DNA of 63,997 nucleotides, counting the filler, from Collodictyon triciliatum (lineage: Eukaryota): the NCBI GenBank assembly GCA_043381765.1. It is 6 parts of 6 records of this genome, joined end to end, with 100 filler letters (N's around TTAATTAATTAA, not from the genome) between each part and the next. Parts side by side here need not be neighbours in the genome. Positions count along the whole stretch, not along the records: positions 20,322 to 29,048 come from JBHJMP010001252.1; positions 29,149 to 49,339 come from JBHJMP010001253.1; 4 more parts are not named here. One strand, given 5' to 3'. This document shows positions 23,543 to 35,244 of the stretch, piece after piece. The number at the start of each line of letters is the position of its first letter. Position 1 is the first letter of the stretch. The translations under genes were made by a program, and so were the position numbers. Under the pieces are notes generated by a model. It made no database searches and had not been told where the DNA came from. It saw nothing but the letters and a program-made list of their open reading frames with translations.

Positions 23543-26500
23543 ATGCTGTTGGTCGCGTTTGCCATCGTTTTTATTGTTTCATCGGCATCATCAATCCATC
23601 TACGTCAAAGGTACATTTTGATTTATGAAGATTTATGAAAAAAAAAAAAACACTTTCAACTCAAATAACGAAAACAGATGCCAGTATTCAAGAGATGAGC
23701 TGCTTTCCATGAAAGTCGAAGACGCATTCCAAATTCTGTTGAGCCACTACGATGAGACATGCCCTTTGTTAAAAAAGAGCAGAGAGAATTTTTCAGAATT
23801 GATGAATGACTGCAAAGATAGGGAATACTCGCTAGAAAATGGACACAGTACTGAATTGAATTATCGAAGAAAATTAACGTATGGTGAGTTCGATTTCTAT
23901 GAAGAAATGTATTCGTCAAAACGAATTGAAAACAGAGAAAGGGAGTTGGGAAATGAAGAGAACCATAGTGTGGCTGATGGAAATACTGGGACCCAATACG
24001 AACTCCTTGTCCAACTTTACGATTTACTTGGCGGCGATAATTGGTTTCTGAATACTGGATGGAAGAATGAAAATATTCCGATTTGTGATTGGTATGGAAT
24101 ATTCTGCTATCAGAGTTGTTCTGATGAGGATTATAAGGTGATATTTTGAAATAAATCATCTCTCATGGTTTCATATTAACAGTTTTTTCTTTATGTTTAT
24201 AGGGCAACACATGCCCCATAGATGAAATCTACTTAATTAGAAACAACCTTTACGGTAACATTGAAGCTGCTTCTGCGATTCTTGAGAAGTTCCAATTATT
24301 GGTTAATTTGCTCATGAGCTTCAACTCCATTTACGGAAATCTTCCAGACTTTAAACTTCCAAGTATTATGTATTTGAGCCTAAATGGAAATCGAATTACT
24401 GGGACGATTCCAGACTTTAAAGGAATGCCGAACATTCAAAATATTGATATTGATGGGAATAAATTGGAAGGAACAATACCAGATTTTTCCGGAATTCAAT
24501 CACTGTCATATTTAACTATTGGTGAAAATGAAAAAATTACAGGTAGTAAGTAATTTTATTCTTATTTAATTTCAATTATAATGATATTTTCCATTTCAGG
24601 AACTCTGCCTGATTTCTCGGCGTTGCCAAATGTTCAGATTCTTATGATTTATAGCTGCAATCTTTATGGTTTGTTTTTTTATTTAATTACATGTGATACT
24701 AGTATTTAAGCCAAACTTATATTTATTTCAGGCACGGTTCCTAATTTCAGCGGTATTCCCAGTGTTGAAATGCTTTCATTTTACAACAACCAATTAACTG
24801 GTAATTTTATATTATTATTTCATATAATATTGATAATGAAAAACTGACTTTATTATTCAGGAAATGTTCCAAACTTCAGTGGCATCCCAAGGGTTGAAAC
24901 AATTTTGCTTTACAACAACCAATTAAATGGTAATTTCATCATTTTTTTTAATATATTGTTGATATTAACTAACATGATATTACAGGTACTGTTCCAAACT
25001 TCATTGGAATTCCTGCTGTTTTAAGTATTTCTATCTACAACAACCGGTTGACTGGTAAGTTTTATATGATTATTTCATATTTTTGATATTAACTAACTTA
25101 ATATCACAGGAACAATTCCAAACTTCAATAGAATTTCTAGTCTTTTAAGGATTTCTCTCTACAACAACCATCTCAATGGTAAGTTTTATTATTTTTTATG
25201 TGTTATTGATACAAAACTAACTTCATATCATAGGCACAATTCCAAACTTCGATGGATTTATGTATGTTTCAGTTATTGATTTTGGCAATAATCAATTGAC
25301 TGGTAATTTTCTAATATTACCTAATGTGTTATTGATGAATAACTGACTCAATATTTAATATTACAGGAACCGTTCCAAACTTCAATGGAACTTCAAGTAT
25401 TGAAACAATTTCTCTTTACAGAAACCAATTGATCGGTAAGTTTTATTATTATTTCAGTTTTTTTTTAATTCCGCATTTCCTCTAACGTTAATGAGTAATT
25501 TTAGGCACAATCCCAAAACTCTCCAATTTTAAAAAACTGGAGATTTTTTCTGTTTATGAGAATAATTTGGAGGCGGGGGTTCCAGATTTCAAAGATTGCA
25601 AAAACATCAAGGAGATATTGCTATTCCGAAACAAGTTGTCAGGAACGTTACCGATGTTCAATATGAAGAATCTGATAAGACTGGATGTGAGCGAAAACCA
25701 AATCAGTGGCTCTATCCCAGAAAATTGGATATTGCCATCAATTAAATACATCGACTTGTCTTGGAACAAAATGAACGGCACAGTCCCAAGCTATTTCCAG
25801 GCATTACCAGGGCTCAAATCAATCGTTTTATCTCACAATCAATTCTCTGGAAGCATACCTGATTCAGTCTGGAATATGCCGAATATAGTCACCATTGACT
25901 TAAGAAACAACTCGTTTTCAGGTGATATTGGTTTTTTTGTTGTTCCAAATCTGATTTATACGGTTTTCTACTACGAAAGCCTTTTTATTGATGATAACCA
26001 ATTGTACGGAGAATTGAACTCTAGGATATTCGACAATCTTAGTAATGTAAAAATCTTAAGTCTTAAAAACAACAACATCACCAAGCTTGATGACCTTACA
26101 AATCCTTTGAAGTGGAATTCCCTTGACCTCACTGGAAATCCGATTGTTGGGAGCATTCCTGAATCATACATCGGATTTTCAAAGCTTGAGTATTTGGGAT
26201 TGAATACAAAATCGATGAATCATGGAACAGCTAATTTTCTTCCTGAATTTATGAATTTCACAACATCTTTCAATCTCCAAGATGAAATGAAACGCTACCT
26301 ATGTCCTTCAATTATTTCGAAATCTGGTCTGATTGAGTTAGAGGTTGACTTGAATCCAGAATACTATGATTTTGAATTATGTAAATGCTTGCCTGGATAT
26401 TTCGGTTTTGGAAATAATTGTGTTGAATGCCCAAGAGGATGTGATTGCCTTGATGGAACGACCTTGAAATTCTGCCATGCCTCCCCAAGCATTACCTATG

Positions 26501-28053
26501 TGAAATCAATACTGCCGTGTCCACATCGAGATTCGTGTTATGTATCGATTCCAGAGAAAATTTCAAATTCAAGTACCACGGTTGAAATCATAGACCTGTG
26601 CCAAGAGGGTTATGAAGGTAATGCCTGCTCAAAATGCCAGAATGGATACGGAAATCAAGGAAGGTCGTGTGTGAAATGTGATAAAGGAACGATTTATTCT
26701 ACCCTGATTCTTGGTTCGATTGGGTTCTTCATTTTCATTTGCTATCTGTATTTCACAGAGACATCAAAATCAGGTAAATGTTACTAATATTTTACTTTAT
26801 GAATCTTCCTATACTAATCAGAATATTTATGTAGCGAAACTCAGAATAGTCATGTTTCACATGCAAACACTGTCGATTGTGTCTAGTGGAATCGTTCTTT
26901 CAGAAGATGCAAACAGCTTTATTGATGTCTCATCGTCCATCGGCTCAATACAATTCCCCAACCTTTCATGTGTCCTTGGAATAGATGATGTATTTGTTTC
27001 TCTGATGTTCAGTTTTTCAAGAATACCAATCTTTATAATTTTTGGCTCAGCCACGTACTATTTCGGATATGGACACAAACAGAACAAAGTAAGGATGAAA
27101 ATCATCTTCAATTGTAAATTCTTTATATTATTTCAGTTTCGTCTTAATGAGTACTAAATTAATAACTTATTGCAGGCTGTTTTCATCACATTGAATCTTC
27201 TGTTTTTTATATACTACTCAGTCGCAAGAGAGGTTTTTGGTGTTTTTGGATGTACCGTTTATGATGAAGGTGTGAATAAATGGTATCTGAATTTCAAGCC
27301 CTGGATTCAATGCAGCCCAGCCTCAGATGAATATCAAAGACTGCTTGCAATATCTGTCCCGGTTTTCGTTCTTTTCTTGATTGGTCTGCCTGCTTTTGTA
27401 TTGTGGAAAGTGAAAATCATGGCAGAAAGACCTGGATACGAACCAGTAGCACGATATGGATTCCTTTACCTGCCATACAAAGTGGTAATTGGTTCAATTT
27501 CTTTAATTTTTAATCATCAATTGTGAATTTTTTATGAGAATAACATTATTTAGACCTTCAAGTATTGGGAGTTTGTCATAATCGCACGCCGCATCGCTTT
27601 TTCGTTTGTGCTCAGTGTCATTCCATACACAAGTCCAGCAGTTTTCTTTCTGCTCCTCATCATCATTATTCAGGTTGATTAAAAAAATTTTATATGGGGC
27701 AAAATATGATTATTTTTTTTGAAAATTAATATTAAATCAAGCAAAATTATTAGAGCTCAATTTGGATGCAAAAAGAGTACAAGCCTTACAACTCGAAAAT
27801 TGAAAATCAAATGGAGTTGTCCAGTCTCTACATCATTTTGTTATCCTTCTTCCTTTCGCTTATGTCGGCTCTTTTTGACTCGCAATCCTGGATTACAGCT
27901 CTGCTTATTGGAATGAACTCAATCTGGTTGCTTTATTTTACGTCAATCGCTTTTGTGATTCCTTTATTCAAAAGTGGCAAAATCAAGAAAACATTGGTCA
28001 AGATGAAAAATCTGGAGAATGGAAAACGATTATCTGACCCATTGTTGGATTAA
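23543..28053 (+). CDS. Cell-surface receptor-like protein: signal peptide, LRR N-cap, LRR array, Cys-rich region, ~7-8 TM domain; multi-exon
   Basis: Signal MLLVAFAIVFIVSSASS; cap LYDLLGGDNWFLNTGW..ICDWYGIFC; GTIPxF..LxxNxL repeats; CKCLPGYFG..CVECPRGCDC..CQEGYEGNACSKCQNGY..CVKC; TM region with KLRIVMFHMQ, FGCT..WYL..PWIQC, RYGFLYLPYK, YWEFVIIARR, KPYNSKIENQME. Confidence 0.85.
24600..25435 (+). repeat. Tandem array of seven 69-nt one-LRR exons with mutually similar introns
   Basis: Exons 24600-24668, 24732-24800, 24861-24929, 24986-25054, 25110-25178, 25234-25302, 25367-25435; all 69 nt, all phase 1/1. Confidence 0.9.
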
Positions 28054-29148
28054 TCAATATAAGGATGAAAAAAACATGAAATAAACCATAATACTGCTTT
28101 CTTAAAAAAAAAAAACTTACAATATTGGAATGTGTATTTAAATTTCTTTATTTTCTACGATTTTCAATTCATTAATTTTTTCAGTTTTTATACTTTGTTT
28201 ATAATAGATGTTCCAATCATGTCATTCATTCCAAGGCATGTTAGTATATTCTCGCTTATTTAAAACGTCATTCTGCTCAAAGCTGATAAGTGACCACTGT
28301 ATCAAGACCATCATTCATACTTCAAAATATTTATATTTGCATTTCATCGTTTACAATCATATTCGTTTCTTCGATCTCGTCGGGAACAACATATGGGGCC
28401 CGACTCGAGTGTGGAAGTCGAAAGTGACAGCTTGAGACAAACACACTCGAACGCACGAGAATCGAGTACACAACTCGACCAAGGCCCCTCGGCCACACCG
28501 ATCCGCCGGTCAAAGAGAGCCCAGGAGCTGAACCTGTATGGAGCCGGCTGCTACGTCCACCTTTGAGGTAAGCACATACTGCCCCAGAACCACGAAGCCT
28601 GCAACCAAGCGAAGAAAGAACTCGCCCAAGTCCTTAAAAAACTCAAGTGCTACGAGGAGAACGTGATCGTGCAACTGTACGTTCAACCCCAAGCCCTTTG
28701 GTTTTGCACAAAAACCATACGAATGGCAACCAAGCCGAGCTCAGGTGCGGTGAGCGCAAGCGAAACGCACAAGAGTGAGGTGCCTCAACTTGACGACGAG
28801 AATGTGGTCTACGAGCATTACCGGACGCGACCGGTGGAGCGAGCAGCGGGGCTGCAGGAGAAGGGACTCTACCCGGCCGGCTGCGTGGTGCGCCTCGTGG
28901 GCGAGTACACTGAGACGCTGACACACGCCACACGCCTGCGTCTGCTGGAGCAGCTGTGCGAAGTCCACCGCACCCGCGAGTGCGCCACGGAGGGCGTTGT
29001 GCTGCTGGCATCCGACCTGTCGAGCGGCCTGGGCCTTGCGTACCCCCGNNNNNNNNNNNNNNNNNNNNNNNNNNNNNNNNNNNNNNNNNNNNTTAATTAA
29101 TTAANNNNNNNNNNNNNNNNNNNNNNNNNNNNNNNNNNNNNNNNNNNN

Positions 29149-29262
29149 CTCTTCTCTTCTCTTCTCTTCTCTTCTCTTCTCTTCTCTTCTCTTCTCTTCT
29201 CTTCTCTTCTCTTCTCTTCTCTTCTCTTCTCTTCTCTTCTCTCCTCTTCTCTCCTCTTCTCT
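29149..29262 (+). repeat. (CTCTT)n microsatellite
   Basis: Direct reading at contig start. Confidence 0.95.
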
Positions 29263-29350
29263 TCCTGAAACACATGCCTCCCCTTCTCCACAGAGCGCCG
29301 ATCAAGCAAACGCCCAGCAGCTGCTGCCCAGCCACCGAATCCCAGCCAGC

Positions 29351-32300
29351 ATGAGCGCACCCGGCATGAAGCCGATTGTCCCGCTGCTGCCTTTGGACCG
29401 CCTTCCCCCACCCGTCGAGTCCAACCCGCCCCCAAACACCGCCTCCCGAGACGATTCGGACGTCGAGACCGAAGCCGATGTCTCCATCTCCACCGACATC
29501 GATGCTGCGGCCGCTGCAGACGTTGCCCCGGCCTCTCCCATGCCCGAGCCGCCCGTCTCCAATGCAAACCTGCCCAGATACGCCCAAGAGAAGCATCCAA
29601 ACCCGACACAGACGCCCACTCGCACAACCCCGCAAAAGGCAGTGGCCCGCCCAACTCCGATTTCCGAGACGCACGTCGCAAAGACTCCGCCCTATCGCCC
29701 AATCCTCACAGGCCCAAACGCCTCAACCACAAGCACAACGCCAAACTCCACTCCAAACCCCACTCCAAATGCCGCTGCAGCCTCGGTCAGTGCACCCCGG
29801 CCCCAAAAACCCTTCATACACGTCGCCCATTCATACGAAGACAAACGCGTTGATGTTGCTGCTGTTGCTGCTGCTGCTCTTCTGCGCCAACAACAAGCTC
29901 CTGCTGCCTCCACACCCGAAAAGACCTGGTTTCCTGATCAACATCATCCCCATGACACCCACTCAGGCCCGACATCGGCTATTCCCTTCAATCACCAAAG
30001 GAACTCCTCTCCCAACACAAAGTTCCCGCCACAGAGACAGTCTCACTCGTCTCCCTCTGTCTCGGCCCCAAAACCCTCGGGCCCGCTTGATCTCCATTAT
30101 CGCCATCAGGTCCCTCCCCAAACAGAGGATTTTATCTCCCGGAATATGCTCTACACCACCCAACCTCCTCAAAATGCCCCTCAGTACCAACAAACTCAGA
30201 TGCCTAGACACGAGTCCCCTCAACAACGCTACGAGGCATGGGCTGTGAAAACTCCTGATCAGCGCGTAGCTCATGGTAGAACTTCACCTTATCCTGACCC
30301 CCTCCCTTCAGACGTTTCCAATCAGGCTTCCTTTGCAAATACATCTCAGCTATACTCAAACAGCTCATATTATACTTCCCAAAGTCGCTCAAACTCCCCG
30401 AATGCTCCTACCCGCCCTAAACCGACGTCTACACCCCAGTCTTTTTTTAATGCTTCGTCTCAGAATCAAGAGATAATTGAGATGAGATTGCGACTGAAAG
30501 AGCTCGAGCAGTATCGAGAAAAGTACAGGGATATTGTTGATCACGTTCGTTTTCTAGAGTCCAAGATTGTAGCACTAAATTCTACTGTGGAATCTTTGGA
30601 GACAGAAGTTCGGCTAAGAGGAGATACAATTGAACAACTTAACCAGCGCTTGAGAGATTCTTCAAAAACCATTCAAAAGCCAAACATCATCGTCAAGGAA
30701 ACCATACATCCCGCTTTGCGCTCTTCCTTAAATGCTGTGGACTTGAATTCTGGCATCCCTGAATCAAATGCGACTATTTCCCCTGAGGCGTATGGTGCCC
30801 TGTTTAACAAAGTTCAATCTTTAGAAGCTGCTCTTATTCAGGCTCAAGCAGGGATTCCATCAAAAGATCAATATGTATTAGAGCTGGAAAAAAAATCAAG
30901 AATCTTGGAGAAAGAACTCAAAGTATTTATTTTTCATTTATTCGATCAAATAACTCGGATTACATCTGCATTTTTCAATAAATTTTCAGTGCTTGTTATA
31001 TTGATTTTTCCTTTTATCATTCTTTAATTCAACTGGTTTGATATTGCCTTCTTATGAGGATTCCTGTCACAGTTTTTTTTTTTAAAAAAAAAATAAACAT
31101 TTTATTTTCATATCCTCATTTATATCATATGATCTTTATACTTTTACATGTTTAATCCTGACCTAGCTTCGAATTGTTTGTCGTCTTAAAATATAATTTT
31201 TTTTTAAAAAAAAAATTATATAGGAGATAGCCGCACAATTAGCAACATCCACTGACGAGAATCAAAGGCAGCAATCTCTAGCTATTCAGAAAGTATACGA
31301 ATCCCGCGAAATTGCTGAAGCTACACATAAGGAACTACAACTTAAGGTTCTGAATATTTGTCACTTTTATTCTTAAAGTCTATATAATGGATACGAGTAA
31401 AACATCCATGAATTTAGCTGTAATTATTTTTTGAATCATTATATATTCCTTTATCTCCAACACGAAAAAAAAAAATCATTTATTCGATTAAGGGAAGGAA
31501 GGGTTTTTAGATTTTTCTACAGTCCGACGTAATTGAACACAAACATTTTTGAAATAATCATAACAATACTGCAGATAAAGGAAGTGAATGCCCTTCAGCA
31601 CAAAGTTGAAGAAATGAAACCATATATTTACTATTCCGAAGAATCCAGCAAGCATATTCGAAAGCTTGAAGAGCAAATTCGGCATTACCAGTCAGAAAGG
31701 AAGTACTGGGTGAAATATCAATTCAAGAGTGATGCTAATCCCAGCCAAGGGGACGATATATCTTCCCATCTGTCACAACTTACACTGAGGTTGGTTGAGT
31801 GTGAAGCACAGTTAGAGGCAAAAGAAAGCAAGATTTTAAAGTTGCAGGAAAATTTATCGAAACTAGAAGTCCAATTGGAAGAAAAAGATACACAATCTCG
31901 ACAACTTTCTGTTCAATTGCAGCTGCTGGATTCAAAAACAAAGATGCAGGCATATTCACTGGAACTTGCCAACAAAGATGAACACATCCACCTGTTGGAG
32001 AAACGCATCCGGGTGATTGGAGAGGAAATGAGCCTCCGCGAAAAAGACTGGAAACATACTTTCTCAGAATTGAAACGAAAGCTTGATGACACCCAACAGC
32101 TCATGAAACTCAAGGATTCAAAGTATCAGCTACTGCAGTACGAACTGGACCACAGAATCGTCAACCATCGCAAAGAGTTGGAGACCGACCAAGCACAGAT
32201 TTCTGTCCTGGTAAACGAGCTTGCATCAAGGAATGCTGTTCTGCTCCACAACCAGGCCATCGTCTCGAGGGCCAGAGACGGACTCGACCACTCCTCTGTC

Positions 32301-32651
32301 ATAGTCGACCTTGTAGAAAGATTTGAGAAAGTGGAACGAGAACGCATTAACCAAACGATTCTCATAGAACGGCTCCAGAATGAGATTGCAGCAAACTCTA
32401 TCGGGGTGCAACCTTCCTCTGTGTCGAACGGGCTTGCATCTCTCGATACCGAGGAAGGTGCTGACGACCTTTCAAGCTTTGTTGGAGACATTGCGAAGGA
32501 ACTTACTGCCCGGCTTCGGAATAAATCAGTGGAATTGAACAGAATGAAGGCCCGCACTGCTGTTTTGACTAAAGAACTTTTACGATACCGCACTTCAACT
32601 TCTCAGCTCGAACATCAAATCGTCGAATCTGTTCAAAGACCCCAGGCCTAA
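29351..32651 (+). CDS. Large protein with Pro/Ser/Thr-rich N-terminus and long coiled coil; 3 exons (~29351-30921, 31224-31346, 31575-32651)
   Basis: Long ORFs joined by GT-AG introns; heptad-rich E/K/L/Q sequence. No specific family recognised. Confidence 0.75.
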
Positions 32652-33003
32652 CCAATATGCCTCCAGTGGCGATGTCTTCTTCCTTCTTTTTTTTTCTCAT
32701 ATCCACCTTTCCTTGGCTAATTTTTTTTGCAAATGTCTTCCATCGATTCCTCCTCTCTGCCCACGCTAAACCGCTTTTGCACTCCCAAACACAAGGCATT
32801 GATAAAAACACAAAACGGCCAAACGCGGTAGGGTAGCGGAGCCGAAAAAAATTAGAGAGCCATTTTTAAATCTGGAAATTTTGTATATATATTAATTTTT
32901 CACTATGAACGTGTTTTTACTCATGTTACACGGATCAGTAAAATTGATTATACATATCTTAAGTACAAAGTGATGCTTTTACTACAGAATCAGGTTCTAG
33001 TAC

Positions 33004-33115
33004 AAGTTTTCGATGCCATCGTGCCATATAAACTGAAATAACTCAACAGCTAAGACTTTTAGAATAAAAAAAAAATATAAACTGAAATAAAACCGAAAAA
33101 AAGTTTTCGATGCCA
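33004..33115 (+). mobile_element. Two nested ultra-short A-tailed retro-insertions with target-site duplications
   Basis: Outer TSD AAGTTTTCGATGCCA (33004-33018 / 33101-33115). Inner TSD ATATAAACTGAAATAA (33026-33041 / 33075-33090) flanks CTCAACAGCTAAGACTTTTAGAATAAAAAAAAA. Confidence 0.7.
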
Positions 33116-33377
33116 AAAATGAAATGGATTCGAATTAATTAATAGAAGTCATAAAAATGGAAATAATCGAATTCAATATCGATAAATTTGGAAGAGAATC
33201 CAAACTCGCATAAACACTTAAAAACACTCACAACCTGTCTGGAATTCCATGTTTGACACCATGGTATTCTACCCAGTCCAACCACTTTGAATCCAGTATC
33301 ATCATCAACTGCACACAGCTTCTACAGCACAATCGGCGCCACCAGAACCGAAACAAACACACATTACAACAATTGCA

Positions 33378-33856
33378 ATGCCACCCGCGCCTGGAGCTGG
33401 AAAGAAGCCTCCAAAGTCCCCTGCCACAACTGCCGCTAAGGAGGCATCCTTAGCCCCAGAAAAAGTCGCTTCCTAGACGGTCAAGGAGTCGAGCACAGAT
33501 TCGTCCGAAGTGAAGAGGCGTGCCAAGCGTGCAGAGACATACTTGTCATACATTTACAAAGTCCTCCAGCAAGTTCACCCAAAGACTGGTATCTCACAGC
33601 GTGCGATGGCAATCATGAACTCATTCATCAACGATACATTCGACCACATTGTCTCAGAGACTGGTCGTCTTGCTCGCATCAAAAATGGCGGGACTCTGTC
33701 CTCACGCGAGTTGCAAACATCCGTTCGTCTGATTCTTCCTGGAGAACTTGCTAAGCACACTGTCTTGGAAGGGACCAAAGCTATAAGCAAGTACAACAGC
33801 TCAGGAACGCCCGCCTCAGCCTTAACCAGTGATGGAGTTTATCTCATCCTTCACAG
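33378..33856 (+). pseudogene. H2B: Histone H2B pseudogene
   Basis: ATG 33378 (MPPAPGAGKKPPK) is in frame with the histone fold [52 protein letters not shown]. In-frame TAG at 33474-33476, several non-conservative core changes, no normal stop, LINE insertion at the 3' side. Confidence 0.82.
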
Positions 33857-34143
33857 TGAAACACGCCCGCATTCTTCGCTACTCTGACCGCAAGCGAAGA
33901 GAGATGTGGGAATGTGTCGTGCGATATCTCCCACAGCATATCCAATCCCTGCCACCCACGCAGCCAATCAACCAGTTGGGTCGCCCACCTGACCAACTCG
34001 CCATCACTGACATCTTTCCAGTGCTAGCCTCTCCATAGTTGCGTCTTCTCCTTACTCGCGTTTGCTCTCTCCCATGCGCTCCCATCCCGCCCCTTTGTAT
34101 GGCATAACCTCGCTACACTTTGAATCGAATAAAGGGAAAAAAA
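33857..34143 (+). mobile_element. 5'-truncated non-LTR retrotransposon (ORF2 C-terminus + 3'UTR + poly(A))
   Basis: TSD ATCCTTCACAG (33846-33856 / 34144-34154); ends CACTTTGAATCGAATAAAGGG-A(n). The first 33 nt are identical to the reverse complement of 63053-63085. Confidence 0.85.
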
Positions 34144-34292
34144 ATCCTTCACAGAATCCTCACAAATTTCATCTGTATCATCCCTTCGCGTACTCGACGA
34201 GCCGTCAAGAGAACGCAACAAAATCTATACAACAAATATTGGCAGGCTTTGTTTGTTTCTTTGTTTGTGTGAGACAAAATTTCCAAGATTGA

Positions 34293-34459
34293 TCTATCCT
34301 ATACCACGCGCTGTGAATAAATATGGTGAGACCTTGGAACCCCCCCTCGGTCCTGCACAAAAGTTGAAAGGAAGAATAAAAAAAATAAAATAAAATGGTG
34401 AGACCTTGGATACTGGCGGACCAGGTTTACCAATCTTTCGATTGATATACCCCTTCTAG
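34293..34459 (+). mobile_element. Miniature non-autonomous Helitron-like element carrying the Fanzor right end ('ghost' copy), interrupted by a retro-stub
   Basis: 34392-34460 aligns ungapped with 691-623 (-) at 57/69 nt. Ends in hairpin + CTAG followed by T; candidate 5' end A|TCTATCCTATA at 34293. Confidence 0.65.
34339..34388 (+). mobile_element. Short A-tailed retro-insertion (family B) inside the ghost element
   Basis: TSD AATAAA(T)ATGGTGAGACCTTGGA (34316-34338 / 34389-34410); body TCCTGCACAAAAGTTGAAAGGAAGAATAAAA. Confidence 0.75.
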
Positions 34460-34652
34460 TCTAGAATAAACAGAAAAAAAGAAAAAGGATCAAAACTAAT
34501 TTCCTTGACGCCCAGAAGTTATCGCAAAATCACATACCTTCTTCCCTAAGCCCCACTCAGTTAATACTCAACATCGGATGGTCTCTAATCTATGCCGATC
34601 AGCACAACCTCGAAGCATTCATATGTACGACTAACCTTTGCTCGATTGTATC

Positions 34653-34693
34653 TTCACCATCCTGCACAAAATCGAAAGGAAGAATAAAAAAAA
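34653..34693 (+). mobile_element. Short A-tailed retro-insertion (family B)
   Basis: TSD AACCTTTGCTCGATT(G/C)TATC (34633-34652 / 34694-34713); body TCCTGCACAAAATCGAAAGGAAGAATAAAA. Confidence 0.8.
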
Positions 34694-35244
34694 AACCTTT
34701 GCTCGATTCTATCCGTCCCGTTGTCCTTCTCGACAGCCAGATTGAGGCTGGACAAACCAGAAAGACCTATGCTTTTTATCTTAAGGGACTCGAATAAATC
34801 TTGCTTTACTACTTGCCCTGTCACACTCAATGCCCAGAAAGAAAAAAACGAAAGGGTGCAGATGTCCTGATTCAAGCCCATCGCCGCACCTGGGGCTTCA
34901 GCCCTATTTTGAGGTATTCTTGTCGGGTGTGTACATATTGGGGAAAAAAAATTATCTTTTCCAAATAAAATTGTATTCATTGAATGGGAAAGTGTGTCTT
35001 CGAATTTGTCACCCTTTCAGCAAGACTAACAAAATCATCGAGCGCGTCCTCGTCCTGTTGTTGTTTGCTGTCATAATCCCCATGTCCGAAGGAAAGTAAT
35101 TCCTCGGGATGGTTTTGATCAATACTCCCATGAAGCTGAGAGCGCTTCAAGTCCTCTTCAATGAAGAAACATCAATTTTCATCACCAATCAATGTAACAC
35201 TAGAGCGACCATCTGCACCGAAGTAGCAAGATTATTACCTTGTG

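Noticed and set aside
24600-25435. Regularly spaced repeats resembling a CRISPR array
   Set aside because: The units are GT-AG-bounded coding exons translating to LRRs; there are no invariant repeats and no cas genes.
33474-33476. In-frame TAG in H2B (and stops in Fanzor) as a sign of a variant genetic code
   Set aside because: Intact genes have no internal stops and end in TAA, TGA and TAG; the affected loci also carry frameshifts or other decay.
34289-34293. TTGAT at the ghost 5' junction, identical to the ISDra2 TnpB TAM
   Set aside because: A single 5-mer in AT-rich DNA that overlaps the proposed TC end; not evidence without multiple insertion sites.
34316-34338. Apparent third copy of the Fanzor end motif ATGGTGAGACCTTGGA
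   Set aside because: It is the target-site duplication of the retro-stub inserted into the ghost element.
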